Shown in pieces: positions 38,201 through 47,937 of a DNA stretch of 60,000 bases (positions within the stretch are counted from its first letter, which is position 1; each line of letters starts with the position of its first letter). The translations under genes and the position numbers were made by a program. The DNA is from Lytechinus pictus (taxonomy: Eukaryota): contig NC_087251.1 in NCBI RefSeq assembly GCF_037042905.1, forward strand, positions 16,246,001 to 16,306,000. The letters are read 5' to 3'. Under the pieces are notes generated by a model. That model was not told the origin of the DNA and made no database searches. It saw only the letters and a list, made by a program, of their open reading frames with translations.

Positions 38201-41200
38201 TAGTGCAGTCACTATACAAGCACTGTGAGTGCTAAATTAGCACTTCATTTTTTTACAGTGTATAAGCGTCTTTTGGCAAGATCGAGCAATAAGAGCTGGA
38301 GCAGCACTTTAATTTCGGCTCCTTTCTCATTCGTTGCATAACGCTTTTTTAAAATTCTGCTGTGACTCCAGCTAAGTATAACCTCCTTGATTGGGCTATC
38401 ATTCAAACAGAGTGATTGATACACCTGGGCATAGATATATGTCTCTCTATTCAAGTGGGTGAGGGGGGAATGAGAAAATAGTTCATCCACCCCCCCCCCC
38501 CCCCTGAACAATAGACTTGCTGCTTGAATTTTATGCCAGTGCTGATACACATTTTTGCTGATGTAGTTGCTTAATACAGTACATAGAATTTAGAAAATTT
38601 ATTTCATAGAATTCTTCATGTAAATCAATTTAAGAAGAGCCCCCGCTAATGAGTGCAATGAATGTTTGACATCTTCATCCATTCTGCAGATAGGGCAAGA
38701 TGTTGTACGTGGCCATGTTCCTAGACTGCTAGACACTCTTCTAGTATGCTTCAAAGATGATAGCTGGCCAGTCAGAGATGCTGCGTGTGTTGCATGTGGG
38801 AACTTCATCAAATGCTTTCCAGAAGAATCAAGGTACGGTTGTTTGATGTTGCTTTATATTTTTTGTTGCAATGTGCTTATTGGATTTGGATATTGTAGAG
38901 AAGTTTTGTGTCAGTGCATATGTCAATGGACTTCGAATTTACAAATACATTTCAGAAAAGAAAAGAAAATTATCTCATTGTTCAGTAAACCTGGAATAGA
39001 CTTTTCATTTGTGCTGTTGATGACAGGAAGTTGATGTCAACAAGTACCATTACTGACTCACATTTTCTGCAGTATACCCTGATAATTGTCCAAGAGGTAA
39101 TTTTGTATTTCTATTATGTTTGGTTGAGGGGAGAGACCACCTTGATATTAACATTCATTCGTTTTATTTCATCAGACAGAGCATGGATGCGCTTTATCCC
39201 CTCTTCTACGAGAACCTACAAGACAACATTCCATCTGTAAGACAAGGTGCAGCGGCAGCCCTGGCTAATGTCACAAGAGCCTATGGTAGGTATGAAATGG
39301 GGATAATAAAAAAACAAAAAAACTTCAAACAAGAATTTAATGGGGGTGCATTACAACCGGAAACACATCAGGGTGGCATTTCTTAATATTTTTAGAACTC
39401 CTATGATTTAAGGTCATGCTGAGGCGCCAATGCTTACTGCATTATTTAACGCATTGATGTAGCTTGTATCCCCTATTCATTTTCTGACCAATTAGATGAT
39501 GTGCTATTATACTACATGCTATTATCAATTTAAGTGTGATATAGAGTTACAGATACATCTTTTTTTAAGCACTCCACATTAGTATTATGTCATGTCTTTT
39601 TTTCTATTCAATTTTCACTTTCTTCAGGTTAGCCTGTGTCTCCATCTTGTTCTTTTGTTGATTTCTTTACAGGTGAAGCTGCTTCAAGCATTCTTCTTGT
39701 AAAGGTTGCAGAAGGCATGAAGGGTTTGCAGAATCAACCCAAGACATCTGAAAGGTATAGCGGTCTTGATAAAGGTCCAGCCACATATGGATTGGTTAAA
39801 CAGCTCAGAGATAATGATATGGATCTACATTCAAATCAACAGGTTGGTTTGTCATGAAGTTCTCTAGAAATGATTCTGATGATTAATATGTCTCTTTGTT
39901 GTTGGTTTTTAGTTTAATGAGATTCTCTGGAATTAAAAAAAAAGAAACATTGTTGAATGCATTTTGCATTGATATTGGATCCCTATCCATTTACTGTTGT
40001 GTTATAGTCAAGTTTGGAAAACAATCCGAAGAGTCCCCTATTTCAATATTTCTTTATTTTCACTATGAAAAAACATAATTGATCATCGTGATAAAGAAAA
40101 ACAAAAAATGATTAAAAAGCAAAATTATTAATTCAATCCTTAGATTTACCTTCATAATTTTTGCAATATGAATGATAAATAATCAACAGTGGTACTTAGT
40201 ATTAGTAATAAAGGATTTAAAAAGGAAATTCAGAAGATAATGAAAGAATTGTACTGTATTGCATAAGGTCACTAAACTAGAGAAAGTCACCTTCAGGAAG
40301 TATACTTATAATCAAGAAATTTGTAATTAACATATCTGGGACAGAGAGTAATATACAAGCAATTAATTAATCTGTCAAGAAATTAACAAGAAATCTATCA
40401 GAAGAGCATCTTCCCACATTCCACCTGTCAAAGAGTGATATTTACTCTCAAGAAATCTACATATTCCTCCCCATACTTCCTGTGTAATATACACTAAATT
40501 ACTCTCAGGTAGGAAGGAATCTACATGCATACCCCTTTTACCTTCCTGTGTAATGTACACTAGATCTGTAAACAAGGAGGAATCCAGGTCACAGTTTGCA
40601 CTGTTGTGTGGCTAGAATCGGTTTTGTATTAATTATGAAAGATCATTCAAAGCGAAAAAAGTTAATTGTATTCATAAATCAAAGAAAGGCTATCCCACTG
40701 TGCAATGTAATGTTTTGTTTAAATATGATCTGTTCTGTGTGGTTTCTAAGAATCTCTCCTATATCCACATCTTTATTTTTTTCAAGTAGACTAAAAATAA
40801 TATGAAATAGAATGAATGAATTAAATCAAATGAAAGAGTTTTAGTCTGAGCTCTACCTCATATCTTTAATAACATAAATTTTAAAACATGAGACAATTCA
40901 AGTCGTCCTTCACAAAATTGCTATCAACAAGAAATTGTAATTTTTTTTGCACTTGTCCAATCAAGTATTTATGGCTGTAAATTTTGAACACATTAATATC
41001 AATTTGTAACAGGCCTTAACAAAAGTGGCAGGCTAGCCCCAAGCTGTCTGAGGCCTGACTAAATTGCAGTACTCAGCCTGCATTTTCATGTGTTCCCTCT
41101 GCCTTGGCCGGGGGGAGCAGGGAGGTTTTACAGCATGTTCTGCTTTTGTTGTATTACACTGACGCATTGGACATCAGCTCAGTGGGTTTGACTGGGTCTT

Positions 41201-44200
41201 TGGGTCTGCATACAATAACATCAATATAAAGCAGGCCTCAGCCAGGTCCAAGACTACCTCTAGTCTTAATACCACAACTTTGTATCGCTTTCGGGTTTCA
41301 TATTTCAAGTTTGTTTGTTTATATCAGAATTAAGAGAGACCCATGGCCAGCCATTTGCCCTCTTTAAATACTGTCTGTGTGGCAAGTCACATGAAATAGG
41401 GCCCATGATGGTACCTGCTTTTCATGTTCATCATTGTGGGGGCGTCGTAGTCTAGTGGTTAAGTCTTTCAATCTGAAGGATGTGGGTTTGATTCCAAGCA
41501 ATGGCATGTTTTGCTTCAAGAAATTTACCCACATTGTGCTGCACTCAACTCGGGGTACATGCAGGAAGTAATTCCTCAAAAAGCTGTGCACATCGGAATC
41601 GGTAGACCAGCTGAGCCGGGGTAATAAAGGAGCACCTTGAGCACCTAGCAAGGTGGATTCGTGCGCTATACATATCTTTTGTTATTCATTATTCCACAAT
41701 TTATGTCTTTTTTCTTTGAATGATTGTAGATGTATTCATGTGGATCTTTAGCTCCTAAGATGGGGCGTGGTAGGGAGGGAGGCTGTATGGATCACAAATT
41801 CAGAAGACCATCAGAACCATGGGAAAAGTGTGATGGGTAAGTCATCATTATCATCATAACATTTACATTTTGATTCATTGAAGTTTGATCTGGTGACAAT
41901 TGCTCTTATTCTATAATCTGTACATGAAGCCAAACTTATAACCTGACTGTAACTCTAACCCTAATCTGCATTAAATTTTGAACTGTTTTTTGTCACCTAG
42001 AGTTTGAAATCCCAGACATTGGTAATCACATTCAGGAAATACTGAATTCATACCTTTATAAGATTGCTTTTTGACAGACAGAATTTTTTATTTCATTAAG
42101 GTTTTTAACCTGTATTCTATTTTGGGCTATTAATTTTCACTGAAGTGCTTAGAATATCTAATTAGTATGGAAAGTGTGCTATATATATACATATATATCT
42201 GATAGTTAATTGTTCTTCCATACAGGACCTTAATCAAGAAAATCAGACTGGTGCATTTTTATTACACCTCATATACATCACAACATGTGTTATACATTTA
42301 GCTCGTAGCCTTGTGTAATCTACGTTTGTTTTGAAAAATTCCTTTCATCCTAATCGATATTTCTGATAAGTTGCTTTTCTGAAATTCTTATTTTTTCTTA
42401 ACATTGTTAATCAACAATATGTTACCTGTTACCTATCCTCCAGATGCCTAGTGGCACATAGGGCCTCCACCGAACGTCTCCACCTTTGCCTATCAGAGGC
42501 CACAGCTCTGGCTTCTGTCCTTGTCCTCCATCCAGCCAGGGTCCTTTCTTTTTCTACTGTTCGTCAACAATTTGTTTTGGGCCTGACCCTTTTCCTTTTC
42601 CCTCCTGGTTCCCAGGTCAATGCTGTGTTGCAGATGCTTGCAGGTTCCCCCCTTAGTGTGTGCCCAATAAATTTCCATCTCCTCATTATTGCCGTGCTCA
42701 GTTTCTCCATTTTGGTCTTTTCTTAATTTAGAAACTTATTCAAATAATCCATTTCACTATTCAATGCTTCAACTGTCCATGAACAATTTTTTTTTTGTTT
42801 TTTTTGTGTGAAGATATGAAGAATGATATTTGAATATGTGATGGGGAAATTTTGGAGGCATTGATCAATCCCAACTTTATTCAGTAGCTTGATGCTGAAA
42901 TAACAAGACTTTGACTTTGACAGCTGCCACTCTATATCCAGGTCTAGGTAAATTGGTAATGGAATGTTTGAACATGTGATAACAGTAGCTATGCTGTAAC
43001 TGAGGTAAATAAATGTCAATTTTAGAAACATTTGTGTTGAGTTCTAAACACAATCCAAATGTTGAATATATTATTATGATAAAATTGTCTCTCATACAAG
43101 TTATCTCTCTGATATTCATATAGATATATTCATCTGCTATCAGAGATGTCTTCGATCGAATCCCTGGCGGCTGAAGTAGCATCCTTACTCCCCCTTGTAG
43201 CAGAAGCAAGCAGAAAGCAGGATTACCCACAACATGTCTGTCTTCTAGAAACAGTTTGTAAACAGGTGAGTGAAACTATATTGGCTGGAATAGCTACTTG
43301 AGTGACTGGTGAGTGACTGGAGTACTCCTCAGAAAGGTGTATACATTGTGTAAATTTGAATAAAAATCTACACTGCAAAAATGCCTGTGTTAAATTAACA
43401 CCAGCCTGGTATCTATATCGGCTCACACCATAGAGGTGTTTAAACAATGGTTTGGCATAAGGCTAACACCAATTTGCCATTGGTGTTAAACCAATATCGG
43501 TTTGATTCTTAACTGGTGTTGTTTCAACACTTCTCTGGTGTGGACCGATAAAGATACCAGGCTTGTGATAAGTCAACACTGGTGTTTTTGCAGTGTAATG
43601 ACCAGACTAAATGATTCATTTACGACTCCTAGGGCGTATTTATCTAGCTCAGCTCGGAACTCACTTTTACAGACCTTAAATTTGCCTCCCTTTTTTGTCT
43701 TTTGTGTGTGGCATTAAAACTGTTCTAAGAAACATGGTATGAGTACAAAGAGTTTTGTGAGTTTCTCTCTGTTTATATGGTTGTTTTTTTTTTTGCAGCT
43801 CCCTGTATTAGGAAGAAACCTGGGGAAAAGACACTTTAAGCCTCATCTGGAATCTTTCTTTGATCCCATATTTGAAGCTTTGGTGAGTAAAATGTTCTGT
43901 GTGTGTATATCTGTGATATATTTTTCTGATTATATCTTTCTCTAAAAATGTCTGTATGTCCCCAATCAATTGTTTCTTTTCTTCATTTTTTTAAACCGCA
44001 TATTGCCTGGTTTTGCCTATTCTTGCTATGCAGTTATATCTGTGTTACCACCTCCTATATCTCCAACATTTTCTTTCTCCTCCTCTATCTCTCTCTTACC
44101 CACTGTACTCTTGCTCTCGTGACCCACATATTCTTATCCTCTTTCTTTCTTCCATGTTCTCCTTGTTCAGGGTTGTGACAATGCATTGACGAGTACAGCA

Positions 44201-44967
44201 GCTAACCAGTGCCTTGATGCATTGGGTAACTTTCTTGGTGTTAACATCCTCAGAGGAAGAATAGAACAGTACAATCCACAGTAAGTAGACCTACAGCATG
44301 TACACATCTATTCACCAACTACATGTATTTGTGTTCAGGGGAGCAGGTAGTGATGTTATCAAGAAGTAGAACCCTATTATAACCACCATATTCTGCTTAT
44401 TAGCTTGGCAATGATTAGTTACAAGTATTAATATCGTGATTGTTGGATGTTTCAGTTTAAAAGTCCACCCCAGCAGGGATAGAGAAAAATTAAACAAGCA
44501 ACACACTGAAAATTTCATTTGAATGTTATCGGATGTACAATACGATATTGTCCTGGTATTTTAAATCTTGCTTGTTTTCACAATACTCCTTCATCCTTCA
44601 ATTTAAAACATGATTTTACTCTTGCTTGAACTTGTGGAATGGCAAGATTTTTAAACTTACTATGATTTAATCAGGAGCTTCTTTATTATCAAATCTACAA
44701 AAATCAAAATATTTCATATTATCATATAATAAGAGAAATTGCGTGTGTCCACCATTTTGTGAATCTATCTGCTTTGTAAAATTACTTTCTGTTCCTTAAT
44801 GCCATAACTTTCTTATTTTACATCCGATTTTGATAAAATCATAAAGTGCTTTTATGATTTTTTTGTTTCTACTCAATTCCAACTTATTGTTCTGGTTGCC
44901 TTGATCTCTCTTTTCCTCTCTCAGTTACTTGTCTAAAATGAGAATGGGATTTCCTGGAAGGCCCTGA
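22888..44967 (+). CDS. Uncharacterised HEAT/ARM-repeat alpha-solenoid protein, 16 exons, 684 aa
   Basis: join(22888..23206,25463..25647,27884..27954,30089..30252,30704..30810,31464..31573,32134..32236,32648..32734,38690..38832,39176..39285,39673..39842,41730..41836,43124..43265,43799..43882,44171..44280,44925..44967) = 2055 nt open frame, all GT-AG. Repeated HEAT signatures D-x-x-x-x-VR-x-AA ([59 protein letters not shown]). Confidence 0.9.
24181..25316 (+). mobile_element. 5'-truncated Penelope-like retroelement (GIY-YIG endonuclease C-terminus plus 3' tail)
   Basis: 24181-24324 reads [41 protein letters not shown]..., matching the R..RE.FW...L.T..P.GLN end of PLE GIY-YIG; followed by a pyrimidine-rich tail with a hammerhead motif. 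3' boundary approximate. Confidence 0.8.
25199..25237 (+). ncRNA. Minimal hammerhead ribozyme motif (PLE-type)
   Basis: Stem I GCCT/AGGC, core CCGACGA, stem II GATTCT/AGGATC, GAAA, palindromic AAGCTT replacing stem III. Confidence 0.65.
25463..25647 (+). CDS. HEAT-repeat gene exon 2
   Basis: [32 protein letters not shown]...GGGASPDH. Confidence 0.87.
25946..27426 (+). mobile_element. Helentron/HINE-like tandem-repeat element with a second copy (26409-27172) nested inside
   Basis: T-rich insertion site, subterminal IR GTCTCACCTGC/GCAGGTGAGAC, (GGC)n, tandem units with CAGGTCACATGACCAAGGTCAAAGGTCA, 3' end CTCCACTTG|TT; both ends occur twice. Confidence 0.7.
27884..27954 (+). CDS. HEAT-repeat gene exon 3
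   Basis: [23 protein letters not shown]; phase 0 to 2 fits neighbours. Confidence 0.82.
28195..28332. mobile_element. One end of an hAT-like element
   Basis: CCGAAC subterminal repeats ending TGCAGCACTA; partner end not found. Confidence 0.4.
28333..29787 (+). repeat. ~156-bp tandem-repeat array (HINE-like element remnant) interrupted by a MITE
   Basis: CATGCAAGACTCT recurs at ~28358, 29102, 29259, 29414, 29571; ends CATCTCTAG|TT. Confidence 0.8.
28509..29091. mobile_element. Long-TIR MITE at TTAA (Kolobok-like)
   Basis: TTAA|AGGAGAA ... TTCTCCT|TTAA with ~200-bp imperfect inverted arms; removing it restores the tandem unit. Confidence 0.85.
30089..30252 (+). CDS. HEAT-repeat gene exon 4
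   Basis: [54 protein letters not shown]. Confidence 0.9.
30704..30810 (+). CDS. HEAT-repeat gene exon 5
   Basis: [35 protein letters not shown]. Confidence 0.88.
31464..31573 (+). CDS. HEAT-repeat gene exon 6
   Basis: [36 protein letters not shown]. Confidence 0.9.
32134..32236 (+). CDS. HEAT-repeat gene exon 7
   Basis: [34 protein letters not shown]. Confidence 0.9.
32648..32734 (+). CDS. HEAT-repeat gene exon 8
   Basis: [29 protein letters not shown]. Confidence 0.9.
33954..35995. mobile_element. 2-kb non-autonomous Tc1/mariner-like element
   Basis: TA|CACAACAAAAAAAGTAAGTCCCCCT ... AGGGGGACTTACTTTTTTTGTTGTG|TA; nested mini-element GGGCCGCGGAA...TTCCGCGGCCC at ~35513-35645. Confidence 0.85.
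36010..36690 (-). mobile_element. Degenerate Gypsy/Ty3 LTR-retrotransposon pol fragment
   Basis: Frameshifted peptides [35 protein letters not shown]...[22 protein letters not shown] resemble the Gypsy RT C-terminal/thumb region. Confidence 0.7.
36950..38064 (+). mobile_element. Helentron/HINE-like element with internal tandem repeats
   Basis: TTTTT-AGCTCATCCGGC ... GCCGGATGAGCT subterminal IR, (GTC/GTCT)n microsatellite, ~170-bp units containing TTCCATCTGGTAGAGC...TGAGGTTCACC, 3' hairpin and CTAG|TTTT. Confidence 0.75.
38154..38260. mobile_element. Mini-MITE, CACTG termini, TA flanks
   Basis: TA|CACTGTAAAAAGTGAAGTGCTAATTTA ... TAAATTAGCACTTCATTTTTTTACAGTG|TA. Confidence 0.75.
38690..38832 (+). 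CDS. HEAT-repeat gene exon 9
   Basis: [47 protein letters not shown]. Confidence 0.9.
39176..39285 (+). CDS. HEAT-repeat gene exon 10
   Basis: [36 protein letters not shown]. Confidence 0.9.
39673..39842 (+). CDS. HEAT-repeat gene exon 11
   Basis: [56 protein letters not shown]. Confidence 0.89.
41438..41680 (+). mobile_element. tRNA-derived SINE
   Basis: A box TAGTCTAGTGG, B-box-like GGGTTTGATTCC, LINE-like 3' end GCACCTTGAGCAC...GCGCTATA. Confidence 0.65.
41730..41836 (+). CDS. HEAT-repeat gene exon 12
   Basis: [35 protein letters not shown]. Confidence 0.88.
42421..42690 (-). mobile_element. RTE-clade LINE 3' end remnant
   Basis: Minus-strand peptide [34 protein letters not shown]...[23 protein letters not shown], typical RTE C-terminus, followed by a short GTAAC repeat tail. 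Confidence 0.8.
43124..43265 (+). CDS. HEAT-repeat gene exon 13
   Basis: [47 protein letters not shown]. Confidence 0.85.
43371..43595. mobile_element. MITE, CACTG termini, TA flanks
   Basis: TA|CACTGCAAAAA ... TTTTTGCAGTG|TA with internal ACACCA/TGGTGT symmetry. Confidence 0.75.
43799..43882 (+). CDS. HEAT-repeat gene exon 14
   Basis: [28 protein letters not shown]. Confidence 0.9.
44171..44280 (+). CDS. HEAT-repeat gene exon 15
   Basis: [36 protein letters not shown]. Confidence 0.9.
44925..44967 (+). CDS. HEAT-repeat gene exon 16 (terminal)
   Basis: Strong polypyrimidine+cag acceptor; [13 protein letters not shown]. Confidence 0.75.
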
Positions 44968-46179
44968 TATCAAAAGACAGCAACCCAGTCAAAACCTGTT
45001 CTGTGCATCTATACGTCATGATGAAAAAGATGATACAAGTGATGCAATCAAAGTTTTGTAGCTTGTACCCAATCTGCTTGATTTACCACTGTAGCAATGG
45101 TGCCAAGAAATCACTTGCTTTCACTTAAGAGACATTGTATTTGTATTTTGTTACTCTTGCTGCTCTTGCTCATATTACAGAATGAACAAAATTATATTTG
45201 AATTTTTAACCAAATTTTCAGCATGAATGTAGAATGAGTTAATCTGCAAGGAGTCAATAATTGTGTGATATTGAATGTTTCAGAATGGGATACCGGATTA
45301 TGTTCCATAAGATTGGGCCAATATTGCAGGACGAGTGTGATAATGACCCTGACGAGTGGAATATTTCTGTTATTCCATGAAATAAAGCCATCCAATAGTA
45401 TCGTTGATCTACACCCCCCCCAAACAAAATTGAATGAGCATAATGTCACTTATCATACTCATATAATCATATTTATTATAGATTATGCAACTTACATGTA
45501 CCGCTTTATGACATCATTTAGTATCATTACGCATTGCATTCCATTTAGTACATTTGTATATTTATGGAGACTATGCAACACAATACCATATTGAACAGCA
45601 AGTTTTGTACATGAGCCTGTGGGATATAATAATAATAAGTATTTCTTATACGCACTTTCTAATGAATCATCACTCAAGGCGCTACATATTAAATAAACAA
45701 AAATATTGGAAATATTTATCAAACATAACAGTCATTTGAGGAAAAAACATGGACTTCTCTAATATGATTGTGATAATAGGTAATATTTGACACTTGCCAT
45801 ATTTTAGGGCTTTAATATGCTCTCATACTGAATAGGCATATCAAACAGTCCAAAATATGAGTTTTTAATGCATTGTTAAAACGCCCATTTTGAAAACATA
45901 TTTTGTCCGTCTGATTGATTAACTCGGCACAAAATACGTCGCAATGCCCATATTGCTCCTCTTAAATAAATTATCAGTTCATAATCAGATCATGGAGAAA
46001 ACCCAAGGTGCAAGATTGTGTATGCATAAGTGTATGGGTGCAATATGCTTGCTGCAAAGCTGTGCTGTATCAATTTACGTCATAATTGCTTAGCCAGGAT
46101 ATAAATACCCTGAAATCGGCAAACTGGTGTAATGGCAAATGGTAAATGGTGGTGATTTTTTACATGATTGCTAAGAAAG

Positions 46180-46340
46180 CATAAATGCTTGTAAGCAAGC
46201 AACGAGAGGACCAACATCTTAAGGTCCTCTCCGAGGGACCTTGTAATGAGGATTAATGCCTTACCAAAGGGCACTAGCGCACCAAGTTGGAATCAAACCC
46301 GGGTCACCGGAATCCACAACCCCCGCTCTACTGACTGAGT
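46180..46340 (-). mobile_element. tRNA-derived SINE fragment
   Basis: Minus strand CTCAGTCAGTAGAGCG (A box) and GGTTTGATTCC (B box). Confidence 0.55.
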
Positions 46341-46712
46341 GCAATTCAAAATGGGTGTTTTATTGCTGCAAACAATAGCTTCAATTACACATTATCCAGC
46401 TGTAGGTAATAATAATTATATTGACTGGGATTAATTTTTAGAAGGTACCACAAAGTGCAGTACAGATTTTCTGTATTTAGTACTGAAAAATCAGAATACT
46501 CATGGTTTTATGCAAAATATTGATTTCTATAGTTTCAGTTTATCTGTTTTCTAAGCTATTTCTTTGAAAATACTGATTTCTGAAAAAAAATTCAGCTTTT
46601 AAACTACTGAAAGGTACTTGTTCAAGTTGGGAGCTCTGCACTTGACCCATATTGCCCTTATCACGACTCAGATGATATTAGACTACTTTGAGAAATATAT
46701 GTATGATATTAT

Positions 46713-47937
46713 ACAGATATTGACTGATGGGGTGTGTAATATAAACATTCTTTGGACCGCCGGATTTATATTTTCCCGAAGCGCGCGGCGCTGAGTGAAA
46801 ATATGATCACGAGGGAAAACATAAATCCTTTACGCGGTCCAAAGAATGTTTTTTACACACCCCATCAGTCAATATCTGTTATATTAGATAGCCTTGAATG
46901 ATGAAGATAGATCTAACATTAAATCTAAACTTAAAATTATGTCTACGTACGGTACTTGCAGTAGATTAGTTGTGTATGATATTCACAGTAACTGATGGAA
47001 CTGGTGAAAGTAATGTTAGTCTAGCGCCTTGAATGCCCATTTTCTAATCAAAATCAAGTTGGTTTAGGCCTAACTTATTAGATCTAATTTAGAGTCCAGG
47101 ACCCAAGTCAGATCGAGAATGCATGCTGAGCCATGATCAGGTGCAGATTCTGATCTAATTGGGGATGAGATAAACATTATTGTCTAAGTTAGATCTATGT
47201 CAGACTTCTATTGGTGGTGGTCCTGATCTTTCTGTTGTCGAACCAGGTCCAGAACCAAATCTAACTAATGTTGGGCTAACACTTCTTACGTTGTCGTTAG
47301 CAAGATTTAACGTTAGATTTCTCTAACTTTTAGACTCTACCCTTGATCTATAACTAACACGGTAAAAAGTTAGACCTAACTTAGATCTTGGCCTCGATTC
47401 TAGGCCTAAATCTAGATCTACTTTATCGTCCAAAAGCTGATCTTATTCCTCATTGCTCATCAGACATCACCACAAATCTTTGACGTTAGACCAAATCCAA
47501 AACTAAAAGTTAAAAGTAAGCTAAGCTTCAGTCTCTATCTGCAAAACTAACTGTTAATTCATTGGCTCCACTCATATCCAGAAATTGTTAAATAAATCCC
47601 CAGAATTTCAGAAATGACAGTTAATCCTGTCTACACAAATAACTGAAGAAGGCCTTAAGTTCGTCGTTGTATCGTAGGACTCACTTAAATTCCGCGGTCC
47701 GGTACGTTTTGAAGAGTGTTGATCGATTGCAAACGATCGCTACTTTAGTCCAACGTATGTTATATCCGTGTAATGTGTAACATCTAATCCACAAGAGGGC
47801 GCCATACACGTAGAAAAATATATTCATGGACCAGCTGGTCAATATATTCATCGAAGGTGGACCGGCTGGGAAAATACATTGATTTCGATCATATCGAATG
47901 ACGCGCTATGGAACGATCGCGCTTGGCTATCTAATAT
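46713..47937. mobile_element. Palindromic repeat cluster: hairpin 46713-46879 abutting an IR-bounded element 46881-47937
   Basis: ACAGATATTGACTGATGGGGTGTGTAA and its reverse complement; ATATTAGATAGCC ... GGCTATCTAATAT. Confidence 0.6.

Noticed and set aside
40400..40570. Short degenerate direct repeats (CTTCCTGTGTAAT.TACACTA)
   Set aside because: Only 2-3 diverged units; ordinary intronic duplication.
44965..45021. Selenocysteine or readthrough at the HEAT gene TGA
   Set aside because: Only a short unremarkable extension follows and no convincing SECIS was seen.
45345..45390. Hammerhead-like core CTGACGA-GTGGAATA...TATTCCAT-GAAA downstream of the HEAT gene stop
   Set aside because: The core and a stem II are present, but I could not find a convincing stem I, stem III or cleavage triplet; probably the palindromic end of a repeat. 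A covariance-model search would settle it.
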